Shown here: positions 57,983-64,000 of the stretch, in pieces
How positions within the stretch are numbered: position 1 is the first letter of the stretch
Layout of the letters: the number at the start of each line of letters is the position of its first letter
Source of the DNA: Candidatus Falkowbacteria bacterium RIFOXYA2_FULL_38_12
GTDB taxonomy: Bacteria; Patescibacteriota; Patescibacteriia; XYB2-FULL-38-15
NCBI GenBank assembly: GCA_001778095.1
Contig: MFGA01000006.1
Location: forward strand, 6,169-70,168
DNA length: 64,000 bases
Direction of reading: 5' to 3'
The notes under the pieces: generated by a model
Databases searched by the model: none
Told to the model about the DNA's origin: nothing
Seen by the model: the letters and a program-made list of their open reading frames with translations, nothing else
Program-made: the position numbers and the translations under genes

Positions 57983-58432
57983 ATGTTAGTTAAAGAGGTG
58001 ATGATAAAAAATGTAATTACCTTAAGAGCCGAGCAAACTTTAGCCGAAGCGGCAGAGGTTTTGGTTGGAAAAAATATCAGTGGCGCGCCGGTTGTTGGCA
58101 GGGGGAACAAATTAGTTGGAATGATTTCGGAAAAAGATTTGTTTAAAGCACTTTATCCCGATTCAAAAGATATACTTCTACACATTAAGTCCTGGTTTGA
58201 AAAAGAAAAAATAAAATATAAAGTAGAAAAGAAGAAAAAAACGATAATTAAAGATTTAATGACAAAAACAGTTGTTTCCGTCGGAGAAGAGGACGCTATT
58301 TTAAAGGCAGGCGCTTTAATGCTTTCAACGAATATTCACAGACTGCCCGTGCTACGCGATGGAAAACTTGTCGGTATCGTTAGTCGCCGAGATATTTTTA
58401 GAAAATTATTAAAAGAGAAATTTGATTTATAA
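57983..58432 (+). CDS. CBS-domain pair protein
   Basis: 149 aa. Two CBS repeats. Confidence 0.8.
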   Translation: MLVKEVMIKNVITLRAEQTLAEAAEVLVGKNISGAPVVGRGNKLVGMISEKDLFKALYPDSKDILLHIKSWFEKEKIKYKVEKKKKTIIKDLMTKTVVSVGEEDAILKAGALMLSTNIHRLPVLRDGKLVGIVSRRDIFRKLLKEKFDL

Positions 58433-58475
58433 AAAATAAACTCAACCCCCGTTTTGATGCTCATATTGACAAAAC

Positions 58476-58504
58476 GGAAAATTTATGCTATGATGCTTGG
58501 TTAA
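58476..58504 (+). promoter_or_regulatory. Sigma70-like promoter (TTGACA-17-TATGAT)
   Basis: cTTGACAaaacggaaaatttatgcTATGATg. Downstream is an about-240-nt non-coding stretch ending at the hairpin aaacccccaaaaggggttt (58731-58755). Confidence 0.5.
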
Positions 58505-58762
58505 CGTAACCTATAAAAACGTTAACAAAACAAAAATAGTAAAAAAGGAAATGGGGGTTGGAGTGAGCGGAGGAAGTAAAAATCGGGTTTTTTACTCAAT
58601 TTTTCACTTCACAAAGCTTTTAAATTTAGTGTTCTTTCGGGAACTAAGCTAAATTTTCTGCTCCCAGTTCTTTCTTTACTATTTTTTTAGTATATTAAGA
58701 GGCGAGATAAAGGTCAAATTAATAAGATACGCAAACCCCCAAAAGGGGTTTATTGTATTATT

Positions 58763-58925
58763 AGACCCACCAAACAAGAATCCTTTCTACTGCAACTAGT
58801 AATTTTGGCTACAAATTTATAAAAGCTCCTCTGCTTATACTAATGTATAAACATCGTCGTTTTTCTAAATTTTTATCTCAAAATTACTGCGTTTCGTAAC
58901 GAAAGATTATTGTTTGATGGGTCTA
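58763..58925. repeat. Repeat family F copy 3 (TIRs TAGACCCACCAAACAAGAATCCTTTC / GAAAGATTATTGTTTGATGGGTCTA)
   Basis: Directly upstream of ftsK. Confidence 0.75.
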
Positions 58926-59000
58926 TACTTTTCCTAAAAAATATAGTATAATATCTAAATAATAAATAGACTTATCTAACAATAAGTCTTGTCTGTATTC

Positions 59001-61184
59001 ATGCCTAGAGTTCAATCGCAAAAAGGAGAAAGAGAGGAAAGAAATAGAGGAAGAAGGGAAGGGGTTAGTTCGGAAACAGTAATGGGGATATTTGTTATTT
59101 TTTTATTTGCCTTGGCTGCATTATGCATTCTAAGTCTTTTTGGCTTGGCCGGTCCTGCCGGGGAGTTCTTTTTGAGTTTCTTGGTCTCCGGTTTTGGTCT
59201 TGGTCGGTATTTGATCCCCGTGATTTTAATCAGCCTTGGTTATATTTTTTTAAACGAGGAAAAATATCAACCGAATGTCTCTAACTATTTAGGGCTTTTT
59301 TTATTTGTTTTAAGTCTTTCGGCTCTCTTACAATGGAATTTCATAAATAATAATCCTTTTTCTCTTGATGATTTGGCCAGGGGAGGCGGATATGCCGGTT
59401 TAATCTTGGCTTATCCATTGCTAAAAGTTATGGGGAGGGCAGCGAGCTTTATTGTTTTAGCCGCTTTTTTTGTTTCTTCCTTGCTTTTGACTTTTAACAC
59501 TTCTTTGAGACAAATTGCCAAGAAAGGAAATTTTTGGAAAGGAATTTACAGAAGCCTCAAGCTTCTTATCTTAAATTTTAAGTTTAGGGGGAATAAAAAA
59601 GAAGAAGATGAGTATGCTGAAGAGGCGACGGAGGGCGAGCGAGAAGAAAAAATGGGGGAGCAAGATTCTCCGACTCCCGTTTTTGAAGCCAAAGAAATAG
59701 AGGAAGGTCAAGCTCGAGAAATCGAGTTGCCATCGACTCTCGTCAGGACAGAAAGAAGAAAGATTGATTTACCTCTTGATCTTTTGCAAGACCAATCGGA
59801 AAAACCAACCAGTGGAGACATCAAGGAGCAAATGACGGTTATTCAAAAAACATTAGACAATTTTGGAATTAGTGTTGAAATGGGGGATATTTCTGTCGGG
59901 CCGACGGTTACTCAATATACTTTAAAGCCAGCCGAAGGAGTAAAGCTTGCCCAAATAACAACTTTACATAATGATCTCGCCCTGGCTTTGGCCGCTCATC
60001 CGATTAGGATTGAAGCGCCGATTCCGGGAAAATCTTTGGTTGGCATAGAGGTTCCCAATCAAAAAGTGGCGACAGTCGGCTTAAAAGAAGTTTTACGCTC
60101 GCCGGATTTTAAGCAGAGAAAAAATAATTTATCCATTGCTCTCGGCAAAGATGTTTCGGGTAAAGTCTGGGCAGCAGATTTGGGAAAAATGCCCCACCTG
60201 CTTGTTGCCGGTTCAACCGGTTCGGGAAAAAGTGTTTGCTTAAATACGCTTATTGTAAGTTTGCTTTACCAAAACAGTCCCGATGATTTAAAATTTATTA
60301 TGGTGGATCCAAAGAGGGTGGAATTTACTATGTATAACGGTATTCCTCATCTATTAGCACCTGTAATTACAGATGTTCCAAAAACGGTTAATGCTTTAAA
60401 ATGGACTATTGGAGAAATGGATAGAAGGTTTGAACTACTTTCTAAAAAAGGGAAAAGAGATATTGTTTCTTACAACAGTGACATGGAAGATAAGATGCCA
60501 TACATAGTTTTGATTATTGATGAGTTGGCGGATCTTATGGCCGTAGCCGCGGCTGAAGTTGAAGGGGCAATTATCAGGTTGGCCCAAATGGCGCGCGCTG
60601 TGGGTATTCATTTGGTTTTGGCTACTCAAAGGCCGTCAGTGAATATTATTACAGGGTTGATAAAGGCAAATATTACAACAAGGATCGCTTTTTCGGTCGC
60701 TTCCAACGCTGATTCTCGAACTATTTTGGATACTTCGGGAGCGGAAAAACTTTTAGGCCGTGGAGATATGCTTTACACTTGTCCGGATTTGGGAAAACCG
60801 AAAAGATTACAGGGTGTTTTTATTCGCGATAACGAAATAAGAGCAGTTATAGATTATCTAAAATCAAAAGCGGAGCCATGCTATATTGAAGAAATAACCC
60901 AACGGCCGGCTTTTGGCACCTCTCCGGTTCCGGGATTTGATTTTGGCGGAGGATCGGACGAGGAATTGTTTAATGAAGCCAAGGAAGTTATTTTAAGAGC
61001 CGGCAAAGCGTCAGCGTCTCTTCTACAACGCCGATTAAAAATCGGTTATGCTCGAGCGGCAAGGCTTTTGGATTTGCTTGAAGAACAGGGTGTTATTGGA
61101 CCATCGGACGGAGCGAAACCAAGGGATATTTTAATTGGGGATTTGGGAAATAATACGGAGGATGGAAATCGCGATGAATCATAG
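59001..61184 (+). CDS. ftsK: DNA translocase FtsK/SpoIIIE
   Basis: N-terminal TM helices, acidic linker, motor domain (GSTGSGKS Walker A, DELADL Walker B), C-terminal gamma domain. ATG start at 59001. The track ORF starts at a TTG four codons earlier. Confidence 0.9.
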   Translation: MPRVQSQKGEREERNRGRREGVSSETVMGIFVIFLFALAALCILSLFGLAGPAGEFFLSFLVSGFGLGRYLIPVILISLGYIFLNEEKYQPNVSNYLGLFLFVLSLSALLQWNFINNNPFSLDDLARGGGYAGLILAYPLLKVMGRAASFIVLAAFFVSSLLLTFNTSLRQIAKKGNFWKGIYRSLKLLILNFKFRGNKKEEDEYAEEATEGEREEKMGEQDSPTPVFEAKEIEEGQAREIELPSTLVRTERRKIDLPLDLLQDQSEKPTSGDIKEQMTVIQKTLDNFGISVEMGDISVGPTVTQYTLKPAEGVKLAQITTLHNDLALALAAHPIRIEAPIPGKSLVGIEVPNQKVATVGLKEVLRSPDFKQRKNNLSIALGKDVSGKVWAADLGKMPHLLVAGSTGSGKSVCLNTLIVSLLYQNSPDDLKFIMVDPKRVEFTMYNGIPHLLAPVITDVPKTVNALKWTIGEMDRRFELLSKKGKRDIVSYNSDMEDKMPYIVLIIDELADLMAVAAAEVEGAIIRLAQMARAVGIHLVLATQRPSVNIITGLIKANITTRIAFSVASNADSRTILDTSGAEKLLGRGDMLYTCPDLGKPKRLQGVFIRDNEIRAVIDYLKSKAEPCYIEEITQRPAFGTSPVPGFDFGGGSDEELFNEAKEVILRAGKASASLLQRRLKIGYARAARLLDLLEEQGVIGPSDGAKPRDILIGDLGNNTEDGNRDES

Positions 61185-61218
61185 ACCCACCGCATAATAA
61201 TCTTTCTGCTGTAATTTT
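61182..61218. repeat. Family F solo TIR (partial copy) overlapping the ftsK stop codon
   Basis: atagacccaccgcataataatctttctgctgtaatttt. Confidence 0.6.
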
Positions 61219-61288
61219 CATCTTTTGGTAAATTTTGTCCTCCCCGCAATTGCGGGGTTGCCGATATACCATATTGCCTCAAAAATTT

Positions 61289-62011
61289 ATGCCAAAATTT
61301 CCTCACCCCGCAATCTGCGGGGCGCAACGAAAGTTATTACGTGGTGAGTCTACCTTTACGACAATTGAAATAAAAAATAAAACAGTCGGGCAGGTTTTGA
61401 AAGAAACACGCGAAGAGCTTAAACTGTCTGTTGAAGAAGCGGTTTTGGCAACAAAAATAAATAAAAATTATCTGGTTGCCCTTGAAAATGGCGAATACAA
61501 AAAATTACCCGGAGGAGTCTATTCAGAAAAAATTTTAGAAGTATACGCAAATTTCCTGAATATAGATTTTTTTTGTTTGGAGAAAGCTTTCCAGAGAGAA
61601 ATGAAAGCGACGAGAGGTAAAGAGGTCAAAACTTTTGTTCCTAAAATTTCGCGAGGGAGCCTTATCGTCACTCCGCGGCTAGTTAGTATTATTTTGACAT
61701 CAACAGTGGTAATCGGGTTTTTAGTCTATTTGGGATTTGAAGTTAATAATATCTTTTCTCCGCCGGAACTTGAAGTTTTTAGCCCGGCTGATAATTTTGT
61801 CACAGGAAAACCCACGATAGAAATTTCCGGAAAAACAGAAAGCGAGGTGACAATAAAAATTAATGACCAAGAAATAGAAAGAAAACAAGACGGAGTTTTT
61901 AGCGAGATAATCAGCTTGAGTCCCGGGAGTAATATTATTAAAGTTTCGGCTTCGAAAAAGAGAAGCAAGGAAAACGTAATATACAGAAGAGTCATTTTAA
62001 ACAATTTTTAA
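61289..62011 (+). CDS. RodZ-like membrane protein (N-terminal HTH, TM helix, C-terminal beta domain)
   Basis: HTH TVGQVLKETREELKLSVEEAVLATKINKNYLVALENGEY, then a TM segment. Start set to the first in-frame ATG. The track ORF begins at a TTG at 61235 inside palindromic repeats. Confidence 0.5.
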   Translation: MPKFPHPAICGAQRKLLRGESTFTTIEIKNKTVGQVLKETREELKLSVEEAVLATKINKNYLVALENGEYKKLPGGVYSEKILEVYANFLNIDFFCLEKAFQREMKATRGKEVKTFVPKISRGSLIVTPRLVSIILTSTVVIGFLVYLGFEVNNIFSPPELEVFSPADNFVTGKPTIEISGKTESEVTIKINDQEIERKQDGVFSEIISLSPGSNIIKVSASKKRSKENVIYRRVILNNF

Positions 62012-62045
62012 TTTTAAAATAAATAATTTGCGGAGGAGCAAGGTA

Positions 62046-62196
62046 GACTTGTACTCTAATAATCTTTCGTTACGAAACGCAGTAATTTTAGGGTAAAAAT
62101 TTAGAAAAGCGACGATGTTTATATGATTAAATATAAGCGGAGGAGCTTTTATTAATTTTTAGCCAAAATTACTAGTTGCAGTAGAAAGAATTGTTA
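62046..62196. repeat. Repeat family F copy 5 (inverted orientation), ending at the recA upstream region
   Basis: ctaataatctttcgttacgaaacgcagtaatttt ... ccaaaattactagttgcagtagaaagaatt. Confidence 0.75.
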
Positions 62197-62214
62197 GAGG
62201 ACAGTCTGGAATAT

Positions 62215-63279
62215 ATGAAAGAGAATAAAGAAAAAGTTTCAGGAAAATTTAAAGCGGCACAAGAAGCGATTGATCAAATCAAAGAAAGATTTGGCGATGG
62301 TTCAATAATGAAATTGGGTGAAGCAAAAAAGATGGAGGTAGACGCGATACCCACGGGTTGTCTCTCTTTGGATTTGGCTTTGGGGGTGGGAGGGATGCCC
62401 AGGGGTAGGATCATTGAAGTTTTCGGGCCGGAAGCGAGCGGAAAAACAACTTTGGCGCAACATGTAATTTCCGAAATACAAAAAGCCGGCGGTATTGCCG
62501 CTTTTGTTGATGCCGAGCACGCTCTTGATCCGGAATATGCGCAAAAAATCGGAGTGAATATTGACGAGTTATTGATTTCTCAGCCGGACACCGGCGAACA
62601 GGCTCTTGAAATTGTGGAAACCTTGGTTCGTTCCGGCGGAGTTGATGTAATTGTGGTTGATTCGGTCGCTGCGCTTGTTCCAAGAGCGGAGATTGAAGGC
62701 GAGATGGGGGATCAGCATATGGGCCTACAAGCGAGATTGATGTCGCAAGCCCTAAGAAAACTAACCGGCGTTATTTCCAAAACAAAAACAGTTTTAATTT
62801 TTATTAACCAGATCAGGCATAAAATCGGAGTGTTTTTTGGCAACCCGGAAACAACAACCGGCGGGAATGCCTTGAAATTTTATTGCTCGGTAAGAATTGA
62901 AGTCCGTCGCGCGGCACAGATAAAACAAGGAGATCAAATTATTGGAAATAGAGTAAAGGCGAAAATCGTAAAAAATAAAGTTGCTCCGCCATTTCGTTTT
63001 TGCGAGTTTGATATTATGTACAATGAGGGAATTTCTCTATCAGGAGATTTGCTTGATACAGCTGTGATTCATAAGGTAGTTTTAAAAAGCGGAAATTCTT
63101 ACAGCTTTGGAGAAATTAAACTTGGCGTTGGCCGAGAAACGGTAAAAAGATATTTAAAAGAAAATCCAAAGTTAATGGCGGAGATAAAAGAAAAAGTTTT
63201 AGAGGGAGTGAAGGCGGAGGCGGAAAATACAACGCCAATGATAGAAAAGCCGGAGGCGGAGGCAACGGATACGGAGTAA
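62215..63279 (+). CDS. recA: Recombinase RecA
   Basis: Start at MKENKEK (ATG 62215). The track ORF starts at an upstream TTG inside the repeat. Walker [11 protein letters not shown]1/L2 loop regions, acidic C-terminal tail. Confidence 0.9.
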   Translation: MKENKEKVSGKFKAAQEAIDQIKERFGDGSIMKLGEAKKMEVDAIPTGCLSLDLALGVGGMPRGRIIEVFGPEASGKTTLAQHVISEIQKAGGIAAFVDAEHALDPEYAQKIGVNIDELLISQPDTGEQALEIVETLVRSGGVDVIVVDSVAALVPRAEIEGEMGDQHMGLQARLMSQALRKLTGVISKTKTVLIFINQIRHKIGVFFGNPETTTGGNALKFYCSVRIEVRRAAQIKQGDQIIGNRVKAKIVKNKVAPPFRFCEFDIMYNEGISLSGDLLDTAVIHKVVLKSGNSYSFGEIKLGVGRETVKRYLKENPKLMAEIKEKVLEGVKAEAENTTPMIEKPEAEATDTE

Positions 63280-63299
63280 AAAAATAAAAAATAAAAAAA

Positions 63300-63337
63300 G
63301 TACCGTGAGTAATTATCACGGTACTTTTTTTATTTTC
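63300..63337. terminator. Bidirectional intrinsic terminator
   Basis: aaaaaagtaccgtgagtaattatcacggtactttttttatttt, between convergent recA and phosphoesterase genes. Confidence 0.6.
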
Positions 63338-64000
63338 TTTTCAAATTGATTATATTTACCTGCGGTCTGGCAAAAAATCTGATGGGTAGAATTGAGCCAA
63401 CGCCGTTGGTGACAAGGACCTTTGTGTTCGGGGCGTCAACAAGTCCTGTTCTATATTTTTGTCCGTAGCGAGAAGATGTTGCCGGCGCCCAAAGGCCAAA
63501 AAAAGTTATTTGCCCGCCGTGGGTATGACCGGCTAAAACTAAATCAATTTTATCATTATCAATTTTTTCAGCGTAGTCGGGGTTGTGTGAGAGTAATATG
63601 GAAAAATCATTTTGATCCACGTCGCTAAAAACTTCGCTTGTGTCTTGAACGCCCTCATAGAAATCTTTGACTCCGCCGATTTTTATTTTTTCTCCATTCA
63701 TCTCCAACCATTGTCCCTTATTTCCCAAATAAACAATTCCGGATTTTTCCAGTTCCTCCAATGATAAAATTTTATCCGTCCAAACATCATGGTTTCCCAA
63801 AACTCCAAAAACACCATATTTAGCTTTTAAATTTTTCAGTTCGGCAAAACACGGCTCAATATATTCTGGTTTTTCAAAAAGCCAATTTCCCACAAAATCT
63901 CCACCGACAAAAATTATATCAGGATTCATTTTATTAACTTTTTCTACCAATTTTTTGACCCTTGTCTTGGAAAAAAATAAACCATGATGAATATCGGCAA
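63330..64000 (-). CDS. Metallophosphoesterase (calcineurin-like), 5' end beyond window
   Basis: GNHD and GHTHGGQ motifs. Reading frame continues past 64000 (upstream IGDIHHG motif I). Confidence 0.8.
   Translation of the reverse strand, partial: ADIHHGLFFSKTRVKKLVEKVNKMNPDIIFVGGDFVGNWLFEKPEYIEPCFAELKNLKAKYGVFGVLGNHDVWTDKILSLEELEKSGIVYLGNKGQWLEMNGEKIKIGGVKDFYEGVQDTSEVFSDVDQNDFSILLSHNPDYAEKIDNDKIDLVLAGHTHGGQITFFGLWAPATSSRYGQKYRTGLVDAPNTKVLVTNGVGSILPIRFFARPQVNIINLKRK

Overview
This 64-kb window looks like a low-GC, gene-dense chromosome segment. I infer a CPR/Patescibacteria origin from an archaeal-type ProRS, a split Pol I, an expanded and unlinked 16S gene, and tightly packed short genes. I annotate about 55 protein genes, one 16S rRNA gene, eight tRNAs, and several promoters and terminators.

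The main groups of genes are:
- housekeeping and repair: ychF, proS, rmuC, rpsT, holA, polA plus a separate FEN gene, rpsF-ssb-rpsR, epmA-efp, uvrB, uvrA, uvrC, clpP, rbfA, smc, rpsP-KH-trmD, ftsK, recA;
- pterin and queuosine-type genes: folE, queD, and a PCD-like gene;
- a four-gene block of very large secreted or surface-protein genes (5569..15050);
- a free-standing LAGLIDADG endonuclease packed against tRNA-Cys.

The most striking property is the density of short hairpin-forming, MITE-like repeats. I count at least eight families and about 35 copies. Some are nested inside each other. One lies inside the 16S rRNA gene (helix-40 loop). Two abut tRNA 3' CCA ends. Several are inserted in frame into uvrB, uvrC and trmD, adding short peptide segments.

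A GC-rich 1.2-kb non-coding block between uvrB and uvrA carries paired 34-bp direct repeats with perfect TTGACA boxes and intrinsic terminators. It most likely encodes one or more structured RNAs that I could not identify. Coordinates are from manual counting and may be off by 1-2 nt. Family assignments rest on motif recognition, not database searches.
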